A DNA stretch of 64,000 nt, from the NCBI GenBank assembly GCA_017461475.1, contig JAFTXX010000003.1, positions 43,171 to 107,170 of the forward strand, in the 5' to 3' direction. The position numbers and the translations under genes are program-made. The stretch is from Clostridia bacterium (GTDB lineage Bacteria; Bacillota; Clostridia; Oscillospirales; CAG-272). Positions within the stretch are counted from its first letter, which is position 1; every line of letters starts with the position of its first letter. The notes below the pieces were generated by a model. It was not told the origin of the DNA. It saw nothing but the letters and a program-made list of their open reading frames with translations, and did no database searches. Of this stretch, positions 36,251 to 44,523 are shown piece after piece.

Positions 36251-38661
36251 GTTTTACATATCCCAACCGCGCGTGTGCGGCACTCGTTGACATAAACCTT
36301 ACTGTCAATGAGGGTGAATTTGTCACTCTGTGCGGCAAATCGGGTTGCGGAAAAACAACGCTTTTGCGCCTGCTCAAAACTTCGCTTGCGCCGCACGGCA
36401 AGCTTTGTGGCAGTATCGATTTCTGCGGTACATCACTTGCTGACACGGATGCAAGAACACAGGCTTCCAAGATAGGCTTTGTCATGCAGAGCCCCGATAA
36501 CCAAATCGTGACCGATAAGGTGTGGCACGAACTTGCGTTTGGACTTGAAAGCCTCGGATGCCCCACCCCCGAGATACGCACACGCGTGGCTGAGATGGCG
36601 TCATTTTTCGGAATCCAAACATGGTTTCACAAAAGCGTGACCGAACTTTCGGGCGGTCAAAAGCAGCTTTTAAATCTCGCTTCAGTCATGGTTATGCAGC
36701 CGTCAGTGCTTATTTTGGACGAGCCGACAAGCCAACTTGACCCCATAGCCGCCGAAGAGTTTTTGAAAACGCTCGAAAAAATAAATCGCGAACTTGGAAC
36801 AACGGTGATATTGTCTGAGCACCGCTTGGAAGATGCGTTCCCTATATCCGACCGCGTTGTCGTTATAGACAGCGGCAGAATAATTGCGGATGCCGAGCCG
36901 AAGAAGGTCTGCGAGATCTTAAAAACAACAAGGCACGATATGTATGCCGCTTTGCCCGCACCGATACGCATTTACGGCGCTGTTGAGACCGATGCTGCAT
37001 TTCCGCTCACGGTTCGTGAGGGTAGAGGGTGGTTTTTGAAATATGCCGAGACGCATACGCCGAAAACGGACGCAATATTGCCCGAAAACAAGCCGCTTGC
37101 GACCGAGACGGCAGTTGAAATAAATGACGCATGGTTCCGCTATGAAAAAGAACTTCCCGATGTCATAAAAGGTCTCAGCCTAAAGGTGCAAAAAGGGGAA
37201 CTGTTCGCCATCCTCGGCGGCAACGGCACGGGAAAAACCACTGCGCTTTCACTAATAAGCGGTCTTAACACGCCGTATCGCGGAAATGTGCTCATAAAAG
37301 GTAAGTCTGTCGCAGATATCGCCGACTTGTATAACGGTACTCTCGGCGTGCTTCCTCAAAATCCGCAGTGTTTGTTTACAAAAAAGACCGTGCGCGCAGA
37401 CCTTTTTGAAATGACAAATAACGCAGAGCATATTCAAAACATAGCAGAGATCTGCAAAATAGCAGAACTGCTCGACAGCCACCCATACGACCTTTCAGGT
37501 GGTGAACAGCAGCGCGCGGCACTTGCCAAAGTGCTTTTGCTTTCGCCGAGAATTTTGCTGCTCGACGAGCCGACCAAAGGTATGGATGCGCAGTTCAAGG
37601 CGTGCTTTGCGGATATTCTGCAGGATTTAAAGGCAAACGGCGTTACTGTCATAATGGTGTCGCACGATATTGAATTTTGTGCCGAGCATGCCGATAGATG
37701 CGCGATGTTTTTTGACGGCAATATTGCATCAGTAGGCACACCGCGTGAGTTCTTCGCAGGCAAAAACTTTTATACCACCTCTGCCAATCGAATCGTGCGC
37801 GAAAAACTGCCACGCGCCGTGACCGCCGAGGATGTGATACTCGCTCTCGGCGGCAAAGTTGAAAAAAGAGAGCGTGTCCCAAGGCGCATAATTCCGCATG
37901 AAAAAAAAGAGCAACCCCAAAAAACGTTCAAAGAGAATATCCAACAACCGCAAAACAACCGCCGCTTAACGGGGCGCACCCTCGCAGCAATGCTTTTGAT
38001 ACTGCTCGTAATACCGCTCACAATTTTTGTCGGCATTGTCTATCTCGGCGACAGAAAGTATTATTTCATAAGCCTGCTCATCATCCTTGAAACCATGATA
38101 CCGTTTTTCATGGTGTTTGAGGGCAGAAAACCCAAGGCACGCGAACTCGTCGTGATAAGCGTGCTGTGCGCTATAGGCGTAGCAGGCAGAGCCGCGTTTT
38201 TTATGTTGCCGCAGTTCAAACCCGTAACGGCGCTTGTCATTATAGCGGGTGTATGTTTCGGCGGAGAAACAGGATTCCTCGTCGGTGCGGTAACGGGCTT
38301 TGTCTCAAACTTCTTTTTCGGACAAGGTCCGTGGACTCCGTGGCAGATGTTCGCTTTCGGAATTATCGGCTTTATAGCGGGAGTGCTGTTCCGCAAAGGT
38401 ATCTTGCGCAAGACAAAAATATCGCTCTGTATCTTCGGATTTATTGCAACGCTCATAATTTACGGCGGAATAATGAATACCGCATCCGTGCTTATTTGGC
38501 AGGCAACACCCAAAGCCCAAATGTTCCTCTCAGCAAGCACTGTGGGACTGCCGTTCGACCTTATCCACGCAGCATCCACCGCCTTATTCCTATGGCTCGC
38601 CGCAGAGCCCATGATCGATAAGCTCGAAAGAATAAAAGCCAAGTACGGTTTGATAGAATAA
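36223..38661 (+). CDS. Fusion protein: two ECF-type ABC ATPase domains + a C-terminal multi-TM S-component-like domain
   Basis: GTG start overlapping the T gene. Domain 1: GKSGCGKTT, LSGGQKQLLNLA, ILDEPTSQLD. Domain 2: GGNGTGKTT, LSGGEQQRAALA, LLLDEPTKGMD. From ~nt 37930 there are six hydrophobic segments (..GQGPWTPWQMFAFGIIGF..). Confidence 0.85.
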   Translation: MESYKIQNLSFTYPNRACAALVDINLTVNEGEFVTLCGKSGCGKTTLLRLLKTSLAPHGKLCGSIDFCGTSLADTDARTQASKIGFVMQSPDNQIVTDKVWHELAFGLESLGCPTPEIRTRVAEMASFFGIQTWFHKSVTELSGGQKQLLNLASVMVMQPSVLILDEPTSQLDPIAAEEFLKTLEKINRELGTTVILSEHRLEDAFPISDRVVVIDSGRIIADAEPKKVCEILKTTRHDMYAALPAPIRIYGAVETDAAFPLTVREGRGWFLKYAETHTPKTDAILPENKPLATETAVEINDAWFRYEKELPDVIKGLSLKVQKGELFAILGGNGTGKTTALSLISGLNTPYRGNVLIKGKSVADIADLYNGTLGVLPQNPQCLFTKKTVRADLFEMTNNAEHIQNIAEICKIAELLDSHPYDLSGGEQQRAALAKVLLLSPRILLLDEPTKGMDAQFKACFADILQDLKANGVTVIMVSHDIEFCAEHADRCAMFFDGNIASVGTPREFFAGKNFYTTSANRIVREKLPRAVTAEDVILALGGKVEKRERVPRRIIPHEKKEQPQKTFKENIQQPQNNRRLTGRTLAAMLLILLVIPLTIFVGIVYLGDRKYYFISLLIILETMIPFFMVFEGRKPKARELVVISVLCAIGVAGRAAFFMLPQFKPVTALVIIAGVCFGGETGFLVGAVTGFVSNFFFGQGPWTPWQMFAFGIIGFIAGVLFRKGILRKTKISLCIFGFIATLIIYGGIMNTASVLIWQATPKAQMFLSASTVGLPFDLIHAASTALFLWLAAEPMIDKLERIKAKYGLIE

Positions 38662-39288
38662 GGCAGAGAATGAATATCAATTTATTTCTGCATTGCGATT
38701 TTTAAACTCAGTATTTACTGAATATGCTTCATGAAGAGCGTTTTAATGCAACATGGAAGGATATATGTCGCGTGATGTCACTTCCAGGTGTTATTATATG
38801 ACGTCAGCGATTTCATCAAGGGAAAACGGATTAAATGCACTGAGATAGCGGTATCGATTACCAGCATATGTATATGATCTTTACATGCTTTCTACTTGCT
38901 TGTATTCGCCATTATTCCTATGTCCTTCTTTATCTTCCCATATTAGAGCTTTTTCGTACGAGTGTGAATATAACAAAAGGTATGTGGTTTCGCAGGATAA
39001 AAAGATTTTACAAGATTTGCTGAATGCATATCGCAATACTTAATCCTTCTGTTTAATATTAAAGTTTGAATATCGACTCCATTTATATATTAGAAAAAGT
39101 GGTAACGACGTACTCTATTTCTTTTGAAGTTAGGTGCTTAGGAAATTGAACATGAAAACTCCGCTTCAATTTGAAACGGAGTTCTTTTGTGCATTGAAAA
39201 ATAAAATGGTTTCCCACCTTAGACTCAGATTGTTATGGGGTTCTAAAGTGGGAAATCTTCAAAAATTAGAAAATTTTTCATTTACCTA

Positions 39289-39317
39289 TTGACAAGGTAG
39301 GCAATGTGTGTTATGCT
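39289..39317 (+). promoter_or_regulatory. Sigma-A-type promoter (extended -10) for the sulfur-amino-acid operon
   Basis: TTGACA (39289-94), 17 nt spacer, TATAAT-like TATGCT (39312-17) preceded by TGt. Confidence 0.6.
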
Positions 39318-39366
39318 AATACCAACCCAATCGGTAGGTAATTCGAGAAGAAAGGAGAACATAGTC

Positions 39367-39486
39367 ATGAAAGAGTTTAATTCCACCGCTATGATGATGG
39401 GGATGTGCATGCAGACTTGTTGTACGTGCATGATTTCTTGCGTCCAAAAATCCGATATGTTCTCCATCTCAGAAGTAAACGCATAA
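39367..39486 (+). CDS. 39-aa Met/Cys-rich mini-ORF (candidate leader peptide)
   Basis: AAAGGAGAA RBS 7 nt upstream. Peptide is MKEFNSTAMMMGMCMQTCCTCMISCVQKSDMFSISEVNA, with 8 Met + 5 Cys of 39 residues and 11 of 17 codons in 39391..39441. Confidence 0.55.
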   Translation: MKEFNSTAMMMGMCMQTCCTCMISCVQKSDMFSISEVNA

Positions 39487-39521
39487 GCCGCCCCATTTTT
39501 GCGGAACAACATTTGTTTACG

Positions 39522-39561
39522 ATCGGGAGAACTTTATCGGAGTCTCCCGATTTATTATTTT
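39522..39561 (+). terminator. Intrinsic terminator between the mini-ORF and metY (candidate attenuator)
   Basis: atcgggaga (39522-30) pairs with tctcccgat (39543-51), followed by ttattatttt. Confidence 0.7.
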
Positions 39562-39707
39562 GAAGGTAGGTAAAAACCTATGAAAAACTATTTTGAAAAG
39601 ATTGTCGTAGCAAATTTCCGATTCGGTCGAATGTGTCGATGTTGAAGATTAAGAAAAACATAACGAACAGCATCACGTATTTTTAATAATGAAAGGAAAT
39701 CAATATC

Positions 39708-40991
39708 ATGTCTAACTATAAATTTGAAACTTTACAGCTCCATGTAGGTCAGGAAAATCCCGATCCCGCAACCGATGCCCGTGCGGTACCGATTTACGCA
39801 ACCACTTCTTATGTATTCAAGAACTCTGCTCACGCCGCGGCTCGTTTCGGTCTCGCCGATGCCGGTAACATTTACGGCAGACTTACCAATTCCACACAGG
39901 ATGTCCTAGAACAGCGTGTAGCAGCTCTTGAAGGCGGCGTTGCTGCTTTGGCTCTCGCTTCCGGTGCTGCAGCAATTACATATACCCTTGAGGCACTCGG
40001 TCAGAATGGCGGTCACTTCGTGGCACAGAAGACCATTTACGGCGGTAGTTACAATCTGCTGGCACATACTTTACCTAACTTCGGTATTACCGCAAGTTTT
40101 GTCAACATTCACGACCTCGCCGAAGTCGAAGCGGCTATTCAGGATAACACCAGAGCGATATACATTGAAACCCTCGGTAACCCCAACAGCGATATTCCGG
40201 ATATCGACGCACTGGCTTCTCTTGCTCACAAGCACGGTTTGCCCCTCGTAGTAGACAACACCTTCGGTACGCCGTACCTCATCCGTCCTATCGAGCACGG
40301 CGCGGATATCGTGGTACATTCCGCTACCAAGTTTCTCGGCGGTCACGGTACCACACTGGGCGGCGTGATCGTAGACTCCGGTAAATTCGATTGGACTGCA
40401 AGCGGCAAGTATCCAGCAATCGCCGATCCCAATCCCAGCTATCACGGCGTATCCTTTGTGAAAGCAGTCGGTCCTGCGGCGTTTGTAACATATATCCGCG
40501 CTATCCTGCTCCGTGATACCGGTGCTACCATTTCTCCTTTCGCCGCATTCCTGCTCTTACAGGGCATCGAGACTCTGTCTCTACGTCTGGAGCGTCATGC
40601 TGAAAATACCAAGAAGGTTGTCGAATTCCTTGCAAACCACCCGCAAGTTGAAAAGGTCAATCATCCGTCTTTGGCAGATCACCCCGACAACGAGTTGTAT
40701 CAGAAATATTTCCCCAATGGTGGCGGTTCCATCTTCACTTTTGAGATCAAGGGCGGCGTGGCTGAGGCACACAAGTTCATTGACAGCCTGGAAATCTTCT
40801 CTTTGCTCGCCAATGTTGCTGATGTAAAGAGCCTTGTGATCCACCCGGCAACCACCACACACAGTCAGCTTAGTGCTGAGGAGCTTGAGGATCAGGGCAT
40901 TAAGCCCAACACCATTCGTCTTTCCATCGGTACCGAGCATATCGACGATATTCTCGCCGATCTGCAGCGTGGTTTTGACGCAGTAAAGTAA
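39708..40991 (+). CDS. metY: O-acetylhomoserine sulfhydrylase (aminocarboxypropyltransferase)
   Basis: N-terminus [44 protein letters not shown] carries the PLP-binding Lys. 427 aa. Confidence 0.9.
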   Translation: MSNYKFETLQLHVGQENPDPATDARAVPIYATTSYVFKNSAHAAARFGLADAGNIYGRLTNSTQDVLEQRVAALEGGVAALALASGAAAITYTLEALGQNGGHFVAQKTIYGGSYNLLAHTLPNFGITASFVNIHDLAEVEAAIQDNTRAIYIETLGNPNSDIPDIDALASLAHKHGLPLVVDNTFGTPYLIRPIEHGADIVVHSATKFLGGHGTTLGGVIVDSGKFDWTASGKYPAIADPNPSYHGVSFVKAVGPAAFVTYIRAILLRDTGATISPFAAFLLLQGIETLSLRLERHAENTKKVVEFLANHPQVEKVNHPSLADHPDNELYQKYFPNGGGSIFTFEIKGGVAEAHKFIDSLEIFSLLANVADVKSLVIHPATTTHSQLSAEELEDQGIKPNTIRLSIGTEHIDDILADLQRGFDAVK

Positions 40992-41016
40992 TCGAATCTA
41001 TTTGGAGGTAACATTT

Positions 41017-41949
41017 ATGGCTAATATTTATACATCTGCCGATCAATTGATTGGCAAAACACCTCTCCTTGAACTTACACACATTGAAAAAGCCTTAGGA
41101 TTGAAAGCAAAGGTCGTCGCTAAACTGGAATATTTCAATCCGGCAGGTTCCGTTAAAGACCGTATTGCAAAGGAAATGATTGACGAGGCGGAGGCGAGCG
41201 GAAAGTTGAAGCCCGGTTCTGTTATCATCGAGCCCACCTCCGGCAATACCGGTATCGGTCTTGCGGCGGTTGCTGCTGCCCGCGGCTACAGAATTATTAT
41301 CGTAATGCCCGAAACAATGTCGGTGGAACGCCGTCAACTTATGAAGGCATACGGCGCGGAGCTTGTACTGACCGAAGGTGCTAAAGGTATGAAAGGTGCT
41401 ATTGCAAAGGCGGAAGAACTCGCCGCAGAGACACCCAACAGCTTCATTCCCGGACAGTTTGTAAACCCCGCCAACCCCAAGGCTCACAGAGAAAATACCG
41501 GTCCTGAGATCTTTGAGGATACCGACGGTAATGTGGATATCTTTGTTGCGGGTGTAGGCACCGGCGGTACGGTAACAGGTGTCGGGGAATATCTGAAATC
41601 CAAGAACCCTGCAGTCAAAGTCGTTGCAGTTGAGCCTGCCGCTTCTGCGGTGCTCTCTACCGGTGTTGCCGGTCCTCACAAGATCCAAGGTATCGGCGCA
41701 GGCTTTGTTCCCGATGTACTCAACACCGGCATTTATGACGAGATCATTCCCGTTTCAAATGAGGATGCTTTTGCTACCGGAAAGCTCATCGGCAAAAGTG
41801 AGGGCGTACTCGTAGGCATTTCTTCCGGTGCTGCCGCATTTGCCGCAATTGAACTCGCAAAGCGACCCGAAAACGAAGGAAAAACCATTGTTGTGCTTCT
41901 GCCCGATACCGGTGACAGATATTTATCCACACCGCTGTTTGCTGATTGA
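41017..41949 (+). CDS. cysK: Cysteine synthase A (O-acetylserine sulfhydrylase)
   Basis: GGAGG RBS before the ATG at 41017. [28 protein letters not shown] and GVGTGGT motifs. Confidence 0.9.
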   Translation: MANIYTSADQLIGKTPLLELTHIEKALGLKAKVVAKLEYFNPAGSVKDRIAKEMIDEAEASGKLKPGSVIIEPTSGNTGIGLAAVAAARGYRIIIVMPETMSVERRQLMKAYGAELVLTEGAKGMKGAIAKAEELAAETPNSFIPGQFVNPANPKAHRENTGPEIFEDTDGNVDIFVAGVGTGGTVTGVGEYLKSKNPAVKVVAVEPAASAVLSTGVAGPHKIQGIGAGFVPDVLNTGIYDEIIPVSNEDAFATGKLIGKSEGVLVGISSGAAAFAAIELAKRPENEGKTIVVLLPDTGDRYLSTPLFAD

Positions 41950-42016
41950 TCATCAAGGCTCCGGTACTATTTACTGTATCGGAGCCTTTAGACTTGTTTA
42001 TTGTAGGTGATTTGAA

Positions 42017-42190
42017 ATGTTTGATAACTCACTTTTCAATTCAATCTATAGCCGAACAGATACCGGAGCAATTAAATACAATAATCTTCCTCCAAATACG
42101 ATTCATATGTGGATTGCAGATATGGGTTTCAAATCCCCTCCGGCAGTTACAGATGCGCTCACAAAAGCCGCTTACAAGTACGGCGAATAA
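42017..42190 (+). pseudogene. 57-codon N-terminal remnant of a PatB/MalY-type C-S lyase
   Basis: MFDNSLFNSIYSRTDTGAIKYNNLPPNTIHMWIADMGFKSPPAVTDALTKAAYKYGE* aligns with the N-terminus of the intact paralog at 53332 (..FDSVIDRRNTNSLKY....VLPLWVADMDFRAAQSVLDALHTAV). It stops after 57 aa, against ~390 expected. Confidence 0.55.
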
Positions 42191-42219
42191 ATTATGCAGT
42201 TAATAAAACGGAATGACTT

Positions 42220-43266
42220 ATGAGAAACATCGATTTAATTGAGAAACTAACGGCAGAGAGAAATCTTCCGAATGCGGCGCTAAAATTGCTGATTGAAAGC
42301 AATGAATACGATACGTTTCTCTTCGAAGCGGCGGATAGCAGACGCAAGGAAATCTACGGCGATGAGGTTTACATTCGCGGACTTATTGAGTTTACAAATT
42401 ATTGCCGCAATAACTGTTATTATTGCGGCATACGAAGAGATAATAAAAATGCACAGAGATACCGTTTAAGCAAAGAAGAAATCCTTGCTTGTTGTGAAGA
42501 AGGATATCGGCTTGGTTTTCGTACTTTTGTTTTACAGGGCGGTGAAGATCCGTATTATACAGACACTTTAATCTGTGATATTGTGTCTGAAATACGAAAA
42601 CGTTTTGAGGATTGTGCTATCACGTTATCTCTCGGTGAAAAATCCAAAGAAAGCTATAAAGCGTTCTTTGATGCGGGAGCTAATCGCTATCTGCTTAGGC
42701 ACGAAACCGCAAACGATCCGCACTATCGTAAGCTTCATCCTGACAATATGAGTCTGCAAAACCGAAAACAATGCCTATATAATTTAAAGGACATCGGATA
42801 TCAAGTGGGTTCCGGTTTTATGGTTGGCTCGCCATATCAGACAACCGATACTTTGATACAAGATATTCGTTTCTTGCAGGATTTGCAGCCTGATATGATC
42901 GGAATCGGACCGTATATCACGCATGAAGACACACCGTTCTCTTCTTTTAAAAACGGCAGCATGGCGCTGACTTTACGGCTTATTGCTGTTTTGAGGCTTA
43001 TGTTTCCGTATGCTTTGATTCCGGCAACGACGGCTCTCGGAACGATCCACGCTCAGGGACGTGAACTCGGGTTGAAAGCAGGCGCCAATGTGGTAATGCC
43101 CAACCTTTCGCCGGTCGGTGTACGAAAACTATATGCGCTTTATCAAAATAAAATATGCACCGGAGAGGAAGCTGCACAGTGCCGGGGTTGTCTGGAACGG
43201 CGCGTAAACTCTGCCGGATACCGTATTGTAACGGCAATCGGGAATGCAATGAAGGAGAATAAATAA
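42220..43266 (+). CDS. hydE: HydE-like radical SAM protein
   Basis: IRGLIEFTNYCRNNCYYCGIRRDN, LQGGEDPYY, TLSLGE, RYLLRHETAN, MVGSPYQT, MIGIGPYITHEDTPF, IPATTALGT, GANVVMPNLSP. 348 aa. Confidence 0.75.
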   Translation: MRNIDLIEKLTAERNLPNAALKLLIESNEYDTFLFEAADSRRKEIYGDEVYIRGLIEFTNYCRNNCYYCGIRRDNKNAQRYRLSKEEILACCEEGYRLGFRTFVLQGGEDPYYTDTLICDIVSEIRKRFEDCAITLSLGEKSKESYKAFFDAGANRYLLRHETANDPHYRKLHPDNMSLQNRKQCLYNLKDIGYQVGSGFMVGSPYQTTDTLIQDIRFLQDLQPDMIGIGPYITHEDTPFSSFKNGSMALTLRLIAVLRLMFPYALIPATTALGTIHAQGRELGLKAGANVVMPNLSPVGVRKLYALYQNKICTGEEAAQCRGCLERRVNSAGYRIVTAIGNAMKENK

Positions 43267-43384
43267 AACGCAGATATATCTTGATAATGCAGCGACCACA
43301 AAAATGAGCAAAACAGCAATAGACGCTATGATTCCCTCGGCGGCGGAACGATCATTGCCGGATAACTTTGTAAAGGATTCAATT

Positions 43385-44263
43385 ATGAAACTGACAGAAC
43401 TCTTTAGCAGAAATCAATTATCGCTTTCTTTTGAGGTGTTCCCTCCAAAAAACGAAACAACTTTTGAAAGCGTAAAGCACGCGACGGAAGAGATTGCGAG
43501 ACTGCATCCTTCGTTTATGAGTGTTACATACGGTGCCGGTGGTGGGACAAGCCGATACACTCTTGACATCGCAAAACAAATCAAAGATCTGTATGATGTT
43601 CCCTCTTTAGCGCATTTGACCTGTGTTTCCTCCACAAGGGAAACTGTCCGCGAAAGAATTAGGGACATTAAAAGTGCGGGCATACAGAATGTTATGGCTT
43701 TGCGTGGAGATATCCCCACAGAACTTCAAAATGCAGACCGCAGTCATTGGGATTTCAGGCACGCAATAGAGCTTATTTATGAATTGAAAGAATCAGGGGC
43801 GGATTTTTGCATCGGCGGGGCATGCTATCCCGAAATTCATCCCGAGAGTACAAATCAAAAAGAAGATATTCTGCATCTTAAGGAAAAAGTGGATGCAGGT
43901 TGTGAATTTTTGACGACGCAAATGTTCTTTGACAATAATCTTCTGTATAACTTCCTGTATAAGATCCGTGAAGCCGGAATAACCGTTCCTATAATTCCCG
44001 GTATTATGCCTATTACCAATGCAAATCAAGTAGAAAGAGCGATAAAACTTTCCGGCTCCTTTATGCCCCAGCGATTCAAGAGTCTCGTAGACAAATTCGG
44101 TTCTGACCCTGCGGCTATGAAACAGGCGGGTATTGCGTATGCTACCGATCAGATCATTGATTTGTATGCAAACGGTATTACGGGTGTCCATGTCTATTCT
44201 ATGAACAAGCCGGATGTGGCAGCGAAGATTCAGAGCAATTTGTCAGATATTTTGGGCAAATAA
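43385..44263 (+). CDS. metF: 5,10-methylenetetrahydrofolate reductase
   Basis: AAAGGA RBS before the ATG at 43385. LSFEVFPPK, SVTYGAGG, AHLTC and ALRGD motifs. The track ORF start at 43304 lies in a nifS-like remnant with no RBS. Confidence 0.85.
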   Translation: MKLTELFSRNQLSLSFEVFPPKNETTFESVKHATEEIARLHPSFMSVTYGAGGGTSRYTLDIAKQIKDLYDVPSLAHLTCVSSTRETVRERIRDIKSAGIQNVMALRGDIPTELQNADRSHWDFRHAIELIYELKESGADFCIGGACYPEIHPESTNQKEDILHLKEKVDAGCEFLTTQMFFDNNLLYNFLYKIREAGITVPIIPGIMPITNANQVERAIKLSGSFMPQRFKSLVDKFGSDPAAMKQAGIAYATDQIIDLYANGITGVHVYSMNKPDVAAKIQSNLSDILGK

Positions 44264-44301
44264 GTATATTTAATTTTGTTACATGAAAGGAAGAATGGCA
44301 A

Positions 44302-44523
44302 ATGATTTTGAGCCTTTCTGATATTTCCGAATTGAAAAAGCAAGTTGCCGAAAGATTTTCGGTAACAGTACACTTTTGCGATAGTTGCGGCGGACAAAGC
44401 TTTACGGTTGAAGAACCGACGGAGTCGTTGAAGGCTTTTATTACCGATTTCTTCTTTGCAAAGGATTTGAATGTTGTTTTTTCGGAAAACGGAGAGCACT
44501 TCACTGTGCGGAGGAATTCGTAA
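44302..44523 (+). CDS. Small hypothetical protein (73 aa)
   Basis: Stop overlaps the tcdA-like start (TAATG). It contains one CxxC. No family recognised. Confidence 0.4.
   Translation: MILSLSDISELKKQVAERFSVTVHFCDSCGGQSFTVEEPTESLKAFITDFFFAKDLNVVFSENGEHFTVRRNS

Noticed and set aside
39304-39486. 60-aa version of the Met/Cys-rich ORF starting at 39304
   Set aside because: The 39304 ATG sits inside the -10 region of the predicted promoter and has no RBS. The internal ATG at 39367 has an AAAGGAGAA RBS, so the 39-aa form is preferred.
41946-42203. 85-aa ORF listed in the track
   Set aside because: This frame has no similarity to anything I recognise and no RBS. A different frame (42017..42190) carries the PatB-like N-terminal stub reported as a pseudogene.
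43304-43384. N-terminal 27-codon extension of metF from the ATG at 43304
   Set aside because: There is no RBS before 43304, and the extension is the NifS-like remnant. The ATG at 43385 has an AAAGGA RBS and matches the usual MetF N-terminus. A fused form cannot be excluded.
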